From positions 1 to 49,808 of the forward strand of contig RXIJ01000032.1 in assembly GCA_004212095.1 (NCBI GenBank): 49,808 bases of DNA, in the 5' to 3' direction. The notes beneath the pieces were generated by a model. It made no database searches. It was not told the DNA's origin and was given only the letters and a program-made list of their open reading frames with translations. Below, piece by piece: positions 25,156-34,375 of this stretch (position 1 is the first letter of the stretch; every line of letters starts with the position of its first letter). This stretch comes from Methanosarcinales archaeon (GTDB taxonomy: Archaea; Halobacteriota; Methanosarcinia; Methanosarcinales; EX4572-44). The position numbers and the translations under genes are program-made.

Positions 25156-28100
25156 AAAACGCTTGCACTGGACGAACACTACTACTAATCATCGGTTTTC
25201 TTGTTTTGGTGTCCAGTACCTGTACGGTTATTGTTAGGGCGGAAACGTATACAGTGACACTTGGCTACGGGCAGACACCTTATCAGCTTGGATATCTCTC
25301 AAATGGTGATACCACTGGCTGGAACTGGTGGGATACTGAAAATGGAATGCAGCAGAAAAATCTGGTATTAGTGAGTATTATGGAGAACACTGCACCAGTA
25401 AGCGGCCTTTCACCGCAATCATGGATAAGAGATAGTACAACCAAAAAAAGCGGTGGGTACAGCTGGAACGCTGAGAAAGACACACACAGCTGGCACTATA
25501 TTGATAACTATGATACCACTGGTGCACCATGGCAGGATATAGACCTAACCGGTTATCCGAAAACCACAAGCCTGTCAACAAAAATATTCAACTGGCTCAA
25601 GCGATTATTTATCGGGGCAGAAACATCTTCAGACCAGACGATTAACCTGACATTCTGGAATCAGTACAGGATGATAGATAGCAGAGGCTTTGTTAAAGTA
25701 TCGGAAGACATGGGAGCTACATGGGATACACTTGCAGAATATTCAGGCAACAACAGCGGGTGGGTAGAGGAATCAATCAATCTAACACAATACAGCGGAC
25801 AGAAAATATTTGTAGCATTTCATTTCAGTTCAAATAATAATAATGGTGGATGGTGGATCGACGATATAACAGTTGAGGCATCAGATGGTAATATTATCTT
25901 TAGTAATGGTGCAGAGACCAGAGCTCCTAAACTAACAGCGACAATTTATTATCCGCATTATGATTATGCAGGCGATCGTTTCTCAACAAAATCAGAAACA
26001 ATAGAGATTAGTGAGAACTATATTCACCAACTGTATTATGGAACATTCACGTACCCGGATGATGCTTATGCCGGAAGATACACAATTGATTTTAGCACAA
26101 CGATAGGTTCAGAGGATCTGTCGGCATCCACCAGTTTTAACACCACTTTGTGGGGATGTCAAGCAAGAGGCTGCCATGATTCGTGGAGTCCACAGAGCGA
26201 TTTATCAGTGAGAAATCCGGTTACTGCAATGCACCCGGACAATATCACCTCTAACGTAAATGGTAACTGCCTTACGATGTGTCATAGCACTTATGCATCG
26301 CAGTTCCTTCGTGCAACACCAATTCATCTGCATGACATCAAGTATGGCCATGAAGGTGGATTTATTTATGGAGAAAGTGGTTGGGTGACCATTTTTAATA
26401 ATTCAAACACCAACGTGCAGTTGCATCGTAAAACTTCTGTTGGAAGGCAGATTCCACAGCCCAAGTCCACTGTTCCATCACACGTGACAGATGCAGACTG
26501 CACACAGTGTCACACAAGTTTCATTCACAGTCAAAGCGGAGCGGATACGTACGACATTGCAGTGCCACATTCATTGAATGGGTCATATTTAGGTCGAAGT
26601 GGAGTACACTACAATGTATCATGTGAAGCATGTCATGGAATTTATTATAAGAGTGAGGGACACGGCTTGATTTATCCCCCATTTGATGGAGTAACCACAC
26701 TAAATGATACAATCGGAGACTATGAACCAGAGTTCATGTCATACGAAGCAATAACAAAAACATATATTATTGACGTTGATTCCGGAACAATCAATGTGAC
26801 GGTAGATGGAGACGACCCACTGTATGAAATATTTCTCACATTAATAGGGCCGGTAGATGATGTAAACGGTCTGCAGGATTTAAACACCGGAGATAAATGG
26901 CACGGCACGTATACTGTCCCAAGTGTTAATGGAACTGCTATATTTGCAGAAGGTTCGAAGATATGTTATCCTATTGGTGATAAATTATACACTACAAGTT
27001 TTAATGCTGTTCCAAAAAACGGCACATGGATTGCGAAGATATTTTCCAGTTCACATGGAATATTCAATTACACAATAACATCAAACCATCCCATACAGAG
27101 TAAGCCTGTTATTCATATACCATGGAATTGTAGTGAATGCCACAATCCCGGGGCAAGTGGAGATTTATCAGGAGCTAAGACGTCCAGACCGATACCTCTG
27201 TGGGACAACAGAGGGTTATCGTATACTCATGCTGATACTAATGATGATGGTATGGATGATGTTACATGTCGATTATGTCACGATTCATTCCATGATATTT
27301 CAATCAGGAACTGCACTGACTGCCACACACAGCGACCCGGTGGGCATGCTATGGCAGATTATTATGAAATGGGGTATACTGGTTGCATGCTCTGCCATAA
27401 TGATCCGCATGTTGAACCTGAGGCGGCAGCTGGCGGAAACTGCACCGATTGTCATCTTGAAGGTGGTGCAAATGCAACTTCAGGTATACCGATAGTTAAT
27501 AAAACCGGATTCTTTGGCAGTATTCATCGTAACATCACCGGACAGTTCAGTCAAACAAATTATACCCATATCAGTCGTGTATGCTGGGGCTGTCATGTCA
27601 ATTATACGCAGCAGCTCATCGATTCATCTCACACAAAACGTGTTACTGATTTGCCAGCTTGCGAGGACTGCCATGATACTGCAACTCCATTAAACAGTGA
27701 ATACCTCAACCAGACGCCGCTACAGGTAAGAGAGCATCAGCCAAATGGTGAAGATATACAAACAGGTTCAAACTGTACAATATGCCATAACAAATCATTG
27801 ACAATTGCACCACCAACTGAAAATGTAAAATATCCGCGGGCTAAAAACTACATATCTCACTACGGTAGACAGAGAACTGATATGTGGGTGGTTGAAAACA
27901 ATCAGGTTATAACTCACTGTTCGTACTGTCACACCGGTGGTGGACGCGAGTTTTATTGTGTTTTTGTAGACCCAAGTAATGCTGATATTACACATGGGAC
28001 GAACTGCACATCCTGTCATGGTTCAGGTAGAATCCATGATAAAAGCCTGGAAGTTCCAATTATGAGCAAAGACAATGAAGCATGTTTGGTTTGTCATAGC

Positions 28101-31100
28101 AACAAGATCGAATTTGAAGGGGCTGAATTTAGAACCTCAGCGCATGCAAACATTTTTTGTGTAGATTGTCACACGCCACGCCAGGTATTTAAAGATATTA
28201 TTGTCAACAGAGAATCCTATACGTATAACTTTAGCATAGTATCCAACGTTACATGTCTAAACGCCACACTTGATTGGAATGGAAGCAGCACACTTGATAT
28301 GACCCTGTATGCACCTGATACAAACTATACAGGAACAAGGATAAACATCAGTTCACCACAACAGGGAAATTGGACTGCTATTGTACGTGATGTGAGTGGA
28401 GATGCAGAGTTTACCTTAACAATCGATGTGGACATGAAACATGGTGAAAAATGCAAGGCAAAAATTTGTGAAGAGTGCCACATCAGTGGTTTTGCTGATG
28501 CGCCGATTGTTTACGAACACATTCCTAATAAAAGCAGTGTGCCAACCAATGCTTCATGTGCATTATGTCATGCCCAGGGTGCACATCAGGCCACAACAAT
28601 TGAAATCTCAGCATCCCATTACCTTAAGAAAGAACCTATCGAGACAAGAGACTGCATCAGATGTCATACCGGTATTGTTGATGGCTGGGGAAATGCACCT
28701 GATCCAGGAGACCACGCGCACTACACAACAATTAACAAAACACTGGTAGCAAACCAGAAATGGAAGCTCGTTGACAACTATTCACTTACACTGATCGAAA
28801 CAACACGCGATGCTGCAATATTTAAATTTGAAAAAGATGAAGAGATGCTGCGTGAAGAATTAGTAGTAAAGGGTGATGTATTTAAATACGAAGTTCGCGG
28901 CATTGCACCAGGGAAGACAACCATTGTCAATCTTACGGTAAATAGGTTATTCACAGCAAAAGATCATTATGTTGCAGAGTTGTCAGGAACCATACTTGCA
29001 TCACGCATCCACCGTGAAACCGAAAACAAGGCTTGCTGGGAGTGCCATGACAGCCAATATCGTGCAAACGCGCAAGAAGGCACTGATTACTACGTTCTTA
29101 AAAAGGATATTGAAAACGTAACGCTTGCAAGGATGCCTGTTAACCTCACAGACAATGAAACCATCATGCTTGATATCGGAGAGTCTTTGAACCTTACATG
29201 CGGATACATCCTCTATGTTGCGGATGTAAACACCAAACGAGGTGGTGCAAAGCTTCAATTATACAAGAACGAAACACTGGTCGATGATGTGATAATAAAT
29301 GAAGGATGCTACTTTACATACGAAGAACGGTTGCTTGATCGAAAGATCGATGTTATCAGAGTAAAACTTGACCGTGTTTTTATCGGAGCAACTCCTTCTA
29401 TCATACTAAGTGACATTCGGGTTATTGCAGGGAAACAGAAAACATTGAGTGCAACAAAACAGGTACTGCAATCCGGAATGCCTCTGAAATACCTGCCTCT
29501 TGATAGTTACATAACAGTTGGAGAGAAACCTGGAACATTCCATGTGTACACACTCACACCAGGTGGATACAGTTCTGACTGCATTAGCTGCCATTCCGGA
29601 GATGGAGTTGCACCGGTTAAAATTGATATTGATCTATTCAAACGCGGTGTGCATGCTGGTTTGAAAAAAGATGCAGACTATTCTAGTTTCATCACCGATG
29701 ATGCAAACAAAGCATGCTGGGCATGTCATGGCAATGGCAGCAGTGGTGAACCGGTTAGACATCCGACACCATACTTTGGTAATTGCACGCCGCAAACCTG
29801 TATCCATTGTCATGGACACACAAAGTTTGGGGCAAAGCAGGTTCACACACACTATCAGGGTGCTGAAATCTCAACCACTTCCGCATGCTGGGATTGTCAT
29901 TCAAATATGTTACTGGAAGACAAGCACACACAAGCTTCAGCGTCTCATTATTCAACACGAGAAGACCTGTTAAACACATCAGATTGCAGTGTGTGCCACA
30001 ACAACGAAACCAATGCACCGGAGTGGGGTAGTGCCCCACAGGTTATAAAACACAATTCAAACAATACCTGTACACGCTGCCATGCCGGTGAAGGATTAAC
30101 TAATTTCCATGAGCGCGGCATAACCATAACACGGGAGTGTAAAGACTGCCATGTGAACAAAGAACGTTGTGATCAGCTCAATCTTACAGTCATCCGCACT
30201 CATTATCCAGGTGCACCAGAAGATAGTGCAGACACCATGAAAAATTATAACTACACGTGTGAGATGTGTCACAATGCGACAAATACCACGCTGCATGAAT
30301 CCCTTGAAGTCGTGCGCGGTAATCAGACAATGGGTTACTGCTTCCAGTGCCACAGCATCGAAGGAGAGTTTTCACACAAACCAGAAGCCCAGATAAAAGT
30401 ATTCAGGCATGGGTGCGGGATAAAAGTAAAATCCGGTTGCGAAGTTTGCCATGATCCAAAAGGCGTGAGTATATTCCATGCACCAAGCATGGTCGGTAAA
30501 ACAGGCATTGTTGGTGCAAGAAACTTTGCACTCGACTGCATTGAATGCCATAAAGAACACGAGGGAAGGGAATATCAACCATTTGAAGGCATCAGGTGCA
30601 TCGACTGCCATACCGAATATGGGGCATCCCATTACTCGACTGCAGAGATAGAGATTGTAAACAGAACCGAAACATGTGAGCTGTGCCATAACCCGGAAGC
30701 GGATTTTTATCACAATCTTACGCACATCGAAGCCAATGTCAGTAAGGAAGCATTAAGACCGTGTTATGTCTGTCACGGCGAAGAAGTTGATCTTTTCAAT
30801 GAAACACAACAAAAAGCAGTAGGCATCACCCGTGGAACTATGGCAACGATAGGCAACGTCTCAGACAAGCCGCTTAGAACCTGCAGCTCCTGTCACAATG
30901 CCACCGGTGAAAGCAGATTCCATTTTGACACATATTCACGTGGTACTGTGCAGAACCCTGACTGGAAGGACTGGACCCCCGGAAATATAACAGGATGCAA
31001 GGACTGTCACACATACCACGGCGGATACTCACCATTCAATGCAACAAATATGGGAACGGAAGGAAGATCCCCCAGGGGCACAGCACACGGTTTTGCACCA

Positions 31101-31583
31101 AACTGTACGATCTGTCATGGTGGTAATAACCCTATCAGCTTCCACAGTCTTGCAGCAACTGAATTCCTGCCACGCGTGGTTGTAACGCTTGAACCGGATA
31201 CAGTTCCTATAGGGGAGGTTAGCATTCTCAGAGTTACCGTAGTGCTTCCGCCATTGATGAAGATCACTCGTGCAGAGTACTTCATTGACATACCTGGAAT
31301 CAAAGGTAAAGGAAAGCACCTGAAATATATAATAGGAGAAAACGGTGAATCATCGGCAGTCGTTGGTGATACGATAAATACTTCTATGATGTCTTATGGA
31401 GATCATTTTATTTTCGTGCAGGTAAAGGATTCTGCGGGACACTGGAGCAAAACAGGTATCGGAATGTTTAAAGTAGTAAAGCCGAGGAAACTTGTGATAA
31501 CAGAATTTATAATAAAAATTTGTATACCTGCTACAATAATCATATTTGGTTTGTTGTATTTTATCTGGAGAAGGTTTAGATGA
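25152..31583 (+). CDS. giant multiheme c-type cytochrome (2143 aa, 35 CxxCH) with an S-layer-type domain and a C-terminal TM anchor
   Basis: It has a signal peptide (LLLIIGFLVLVSSTC). A non-heme ~330-aa beta-sandwich-like head follows (SEDMGATWDTL...GQKIFVAFHF...GWWIDDITVE). I hand-counted 35 CxxCH plus CQARGCH and CLTMCH variants. There are many NxS/T sequons, and the C-terminus reads IPATIIIFGLLYFIWRRFR. Confidence 0.9.
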   Translation: MKNACTGRTLLLIIGFLVLVSSTCTVIVRAETYTVTLGYGQTPYQLGYLSNGDTTGWNWWDTENGMQQKNLVLVSIMENTAPVSGLSPQSWIRDSTTKKSGGYSWNAEKDTHSWHYIDNYDTTGAPWQDIDLTGYPKTTSLSTKIFNWLKRLFIGAETSSDQTINLTFWNQYRMIDSRGFVKVSEDMGATWDTLAEYSGNNSGWVEESINLTQYSGQKIFVAFHFSSNNNNGGWWIDDITVEASDGNIIFSNGAETRAPKLTATIYYPHYDYAGDRFSTKSETIEISENYIHQLYYGTFTYPDDAYAGRYTIDFSTTIGSEDLSASTSFNTTLWGCQARGCHDSWSPQSDLSVRNPVTAMHPDNITSNVNGNCLTMCHSTYASQFLRATPIHLHDIKYGHEGGFIYGESGWVTIFNNSNTNVQLHRKTSVGRQIPQPKSTVPSHVTDADCTQCHTSFIHSQSGADTYDIAVPHSLNGSYLGRSGVHYNVSCEACHGIYYKSEGHGLIYPPFDGVTTLNDTIGDYEPEFMSYEAITKTYIIDVDSGTINVTVDGDDPLYEIFLTLIGPVDDVNGLQDLNTGDKWHGTYTVPSVNGTAIFAEGSKICYPIGDKLYTTSFNAVPKNGTWIAKIFSSSHGIFNYTITSNHPIQSKPVIHIPWNCSECHNPGASGDLSGAKTSRPIPLWDNRGLSYTHADTNDDGMDDVTCRLCHDSFHDISIRNCTDCHTQRPGGHAMADYYEMGYTGCMLCHNDPHVEPEAAAGGNCTDCHLEGGANATSGIPIVNKTGFFGSIHRNITGQFSQTNYTHISRVCWGCHVNYTQQLIDSSHTKRVTDLPACEDCHDTATPLNSEYLNQTPLQVREHQPNGEDIQTGSNCTICHNKSLTIAPPTENVKYPRAKNYISHYGRQRTDMWVVENNQVITHCSYCHTGGGREFYCVFVDPSNADITHGTNCTSCHGSGRIHDKSLEVPIMSKDNEACLVCHSNKIEFEGAEFRTSAHANIFCVDCHTPRQVFKDIIVNRESYTYNFSIVSNVTCLNATLDWNGSSTLDMTLYAPDTNYTGTRINISSPQQGNWTAIVRDVSGDAEFTLTIDVDMKHGEKCKAKICEECHISGFADAPIVYEHIPNKSSVPTNASCALCHAQGAHQATTIEISASHYLKKEPIETRDCIRCHTGIVDGWGNAPDPGDHAHYTTINKTLVANQKWKLVDNYSLTLIETTRDAAIFKFEKDEEMLREELVVKGDVFKYEVRGIAPGKTTIVNLTVNRLFTAKDHYVAELSGTILASRIHRETENKACWECHDSQYRANAQEGTDYYVLKKDIENVTLARMPVNLTDNETIMLDIGESLNLTCGYILYVADVNTKRGGAKLQLYKNETLVDDVIINEGCYFTYEERLLDRKIDVIRVKLDRVFIGATPSIILSDIRVIAGKQKTLSATKQVLQSGMPLKYLPLDSYITVGEKPGTFHVYTLTPGGYSSDCISCHSGDGVAPVKIDIDLFKRGVHAGLKKDADYSSFITDDANKACWACHGNGSSGEPVRHPTPYFGNCTPQTCIHCHGHTKFGAKQVHTHYQGAEISTTSACWDCHSNMLLEDKHTQASASHYSTREDLLNTSDCSVCHNNETNAPEWGSAPQVIKHNSNNTCTRCHAGEGLTNFHERGITITRECKDCHVNKERCDQLNLTVIRTHYPGAPEDSADTMKNYNYTCEMCHNATNTTLHESLEVVRGNQTMGYCFQCHSIEGEFSHKPEAQIKVFRHGCGIKVKSGCEVCHDPKGVSIFHAPSMVGKTGIVGARNFALDCIECHKEHEGREYQPFEGIRCIDCHTEYGASHYSTAEIEIVNRTETCELCHNPEADFYHNLTHIEANVSKEALRPCYVCHGEEVDLFNETQQKAVGITRGTMATIGNVSDKPLRTCSSCHNATGESRFHFDTYSRGTVQNPDWKDWTPGNITGCKDCHTYHGGYSPFNATNMGTEGRSPRGTAHGFAPNCTICHGGNNPISFHSLAATEFLPRVVVTLEPDTVPIGEVSILRVTVVLPPLMKITRAEYFIDIPGIKGKGKHLKYIIGENGESSAVVGDTINTSMMSYGDHFIFVQVKDSAGHWSKTGIGMFKVVKPRKLVITEFIIKICIPATIIIFGLLYFIWRRFR
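28731..29446 (+). other. S-layer family duplication (DUF1608-like) domain region inside the giant cytochrome
   Basis: There are two sub-repeats of the pattern seen in Methanosarcinales S-layer proteins: WKLVDNYSLTLIETTRDAAIFKFEKDEEMLREELVVKGDVFKYE and LNLTCGYILYVADVNTKRGGAKLQLYKNETLVDDVIINEGCYFTYEE...VKLDRVFIG. One CWECH lies between them. Confidence 0.55.
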
Positions 31584-33439
31584 ATATTGGTGGAGCGCTT
31601 CTATACACCAGTTTCATATTCACAGTTCTTGCTGTTATATTTTTAATTATCAAACAGGTAAAAATTGGTCTCTGGTCTGCTGGAATAGCAGCCGTCTCCA
31701 TTACCGCATCTGTGTTAGCATTGTCTTATGCATTCGTTTCACTTGATTTTAGCACATATTATGTCTGGATGTTTGGTAGTGACGTGCTTACGATTGGTTA
31801 CAGACTCGCAGCTATGCTGGTGGGGCAAGATGGAACATATCTTGTATGGGCATGGCTTTCTATTTTGATCACATTTATCAATCTCAAGCGACATAGACAA
31901 AATACAAACCAGTACGATAGCATTTATGCACTTGCTGCATGCAGTTTTTTACTGCTTCTAACAATTATAATGAATCCATTCAGATCTGTACTTATTGGTG
32001 AAGGTGCATCAATACCAGCTATCGGAAACAGCATCAACCCGGCACTTGTGGACATACTGATGCCAATTCATATTTTCACAGCGTTTGCAGCATACGCCTT
32101 TGCACTGGTCCCGGCAGCAGTTTCAATAGCATATCTTACAACAGGCAAAAAACATCGCATTAAAGACTATCTTCGATTATCCTGGTTATTTTTAAGTATC
32201 AGCATTATTTTAGGAGGAATATGGGCAAACAGGCTTCTTGGGTGGACAGGCTTTTGGCAGTGGGATCCAATCCAATCAGTAACACTTGCAACATGGCTAC
32301 TCATAACAGCAGCACTGCATGCGGAAATCAGGTTTAATGTCGGTGAGTACCGCAGACTCTTTCCGCTTCTTTGCATATACAGTTTCATAGGCTGTATATG
32401 TATTACTTTCGTAGCACGAAGTGGCATATATAATTCAATTCACACATTTTTAGAAACACCAACATTTTTAGTGCTTCTTATTTTTATTCTTATTATAATA
32501 ATTATATCAGCATTATTCGCTTTACTATTTAGTGAAAAAATCGCCATAAAATCATCACCTTTGAGTTCGGCCTTTGCCCCATACAACACCTTTTATTTCA
32601 CAATTCTACTGTTAATAGTTCTTGCCTTTATAGCGTTCTGGGGACCAAACATCTGTTTGGTTCTTCAATATATGGGATACAGGACTGTTGTATCTACTGA
32701 ATTTTATAATGGCATGTTATATATTCCAACTATTCTTTTGGCATATCTTACAGGTATCTGTATGTTGTATGGAAAAGTGAAAAATAAAATAATTGCCTAT
32801 GTAACTGCTATATTTCTTATCATAAATACCATACTTGTATTTGCGACACAATATAGCCCTGTGATACTTATTCTTCCAGCATTTTTTTTTATTACAAGCA
32901 ATACTCTGTTCAGGATAGTTCATGATACCAGGATAAAAAACAGAACAGTATTTATACATAGAGCCGGGGTCGGTATTATCCATCTTGGATTTGGTTTTGC
33001 ACTGCTCGGAGCTGTAGTCAGTATGTCTCTATCAACAGTTGATAACTTCAGTTTTGCTTTGAACGAAGAAAATGTTTACAAAGAAAATGCAGATGTTTGT
33101 GTGAAACTACTCGACTTTAAAGTTAACAAAGTTGGGTCTAACTGGATTCAAACCGCAAACATCGAACTAACTGAAGGCGACAGAACAAACAACCTGACTG
33201 CAACATTTATGAAACACCGCCAGTTTGGATTTGTCAGCAGACCTGCTGTAAAGTATAGCTTGTTATCAGCCACCATAGTTGACCTGAAAGGAATGCCTCC
33301 GTGTCGACTCGAAACAGGACACGTTGACCTGGTAGTTAACCGGTATCCACTTTTAAATGTATTATGGGCAGGATGTACTTTGCTGCTTGCAGGAGTTATC
33401 CTCACACTTCTATCCAGATTCATGCGCAGAAGACGATGA
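31580..33439 (+). CDS. ccmF: cytochrome c maturation heme lyase, CcmF family
   Basis: The WWD signature is LGGIWANRLLGWTGFWQWDPIQS. It is polytopic (about 13+ TM segments). Its start overlaps the giant gene stop (ATGA). Confidence 0.85.
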   Translation: MNIGGALLYTSFIFTVLAVIFLIIKQVKIGLWSAGIAAVSITASVLALSYAFVSLDFSTYYVWMFGSDVLTIGYRLAAMLVGQDGTYLVWAWLSILITFINLKRHRQNTNQYDSIYALAACSFLLLLTIIMNPFRSVLIGEGASIPAIGNSINPALVDILMPIHIFTAFAAYAFALVPAAVSIAYLTTGKKHRIKDYLRLSWLFLSISIILGGIWANRLLGWTGFWQWDPIQSVTLATWLLITAALHAEIRFNVGEYRRLFPLLCIYSFIGCICITFVARSGIYNSIHTFLETPTFLVLLIFILIIIIISALFALLFSEKIAIKSSPLSSAFAPYNTFYFTILLLIVLAFIAFWGPNICLVLQYMGYRTVVSTEFYNGMLYIPTILLAYLTGICMLYGKVKNKIIAYVTAIFLIINTILVFATQYSPVILILPAFFFITSNTLFRIVHDTRIKNRTVFIHRAGVGIIHLGFGFALLGAVVSMSLSTVDNFSFALNEENVYKENADVCVKLLDFKVNKVGSNWIQTANIELTEGDRTNNLTATFMKHRQFGFVSRPAVKYSLLSATIVDLKGMPPCRLETGHVDLVVNRYPLLNVLWAGCTLLLAGVILTLLSRFMRRRR

Positions 33440-33445
33440 TTGGTT

Positions 33446-33985
33446 TTATTGGACTTTGAGATGCCACCTTTTTTTAAATACCATAATAATATGGCATACA
33501 TCCTCATCAGCAATGAGTGATGCAGTAACACTCATATCAGTCATAAAAGATAATGCTCCTTCAAATAATCCATTGATATTTTTGCAATGCATGTTTCTCA
33601 TAGATCTGCCCCAGCCTCTATGCATTTTTTTTATCATGCATTCGTTAAGCTGCAATTTTGCTGTGTATTTCTTTTCCGTGTCTTTTCGATCTATAACTTC
33701 TATAGAATAACAATGTTTGACGTGCTCAATAAATTCTTCGATAGCAGTTTTTGGGTGTTTCCCTGTTCCAAGTTTTTTGCCGATGTGCTTACCCCTGTTT
33801 TTGCCGATATCATACAGCAATTCTTCTGTAACCTCAACACCATTTGCTTCTTCAAGTACTTCAATCACTCCACTAAGTAATTCAATCACTTCTTCTACAG
33901 GTTTCAAGTAGCCATTTTCAACAGCATGCTCGAGGTTTGAATGCGTATTATTCTGCTGAATATCAAAAGAGTTATGTTCTAACAA
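33446..33985 (-). CDS. V4R-domain-like small-molecule-binding protein
   Basis: The C-terminal pattern C..INGLFEGALSFMTDMSVTA...EDVCHIIMV resembles 4-vinyl-reductase (V4R) domains (C..G...G......C.f.i). Confidence 0.45.
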   Translation of the reverse strand: MLEHNSFDIQQNNTHSNLEHAVENGYLKPVEEVIELLSGVIEVLEEANGVEVTEELLYDIGKNRGKHIGKKLGTGKHPKTAIEEFIEHVKHCYSIEVIDRKDTEKKYTAKLQLNECMIKKMHRGWGRSMRNMHCKNINGLFEGALSFMTDMSVTASLIADEDVCHIIMVFKKRWHLKVQ

Positions 33986-34375
33986 TTTTCATCACCCAAA
34001 ATTATTACATTCTATTTTGATTAATATTTTTTATATGTTATAAGGATTTTGGCGTACTCCCGCCTATGAATTGCTTGGAATCATTGTGCAGAGTTAAAAT
34101 GAAATACCATTAAATAGTTGTAACATGTACAATCTCTTACCTTTATTCAAAGGAGAACACCAGACGAGACAAAACGGTCTTATGAATTTACAAATGAAGT
34201 CAAACAATTCGTGCTGGAAAAACTCACAATTCATAATAATAATAAGAATACAATGAAATACGTTTTGAATGATTGAACGATTGTGTTTATGAGCTATAAG
34301 TTCAGGTAACGGAGAATAGATAATAATAAATCATAACACAGCATAGAGTAAATTTCCAACACTGATGAAACAATC

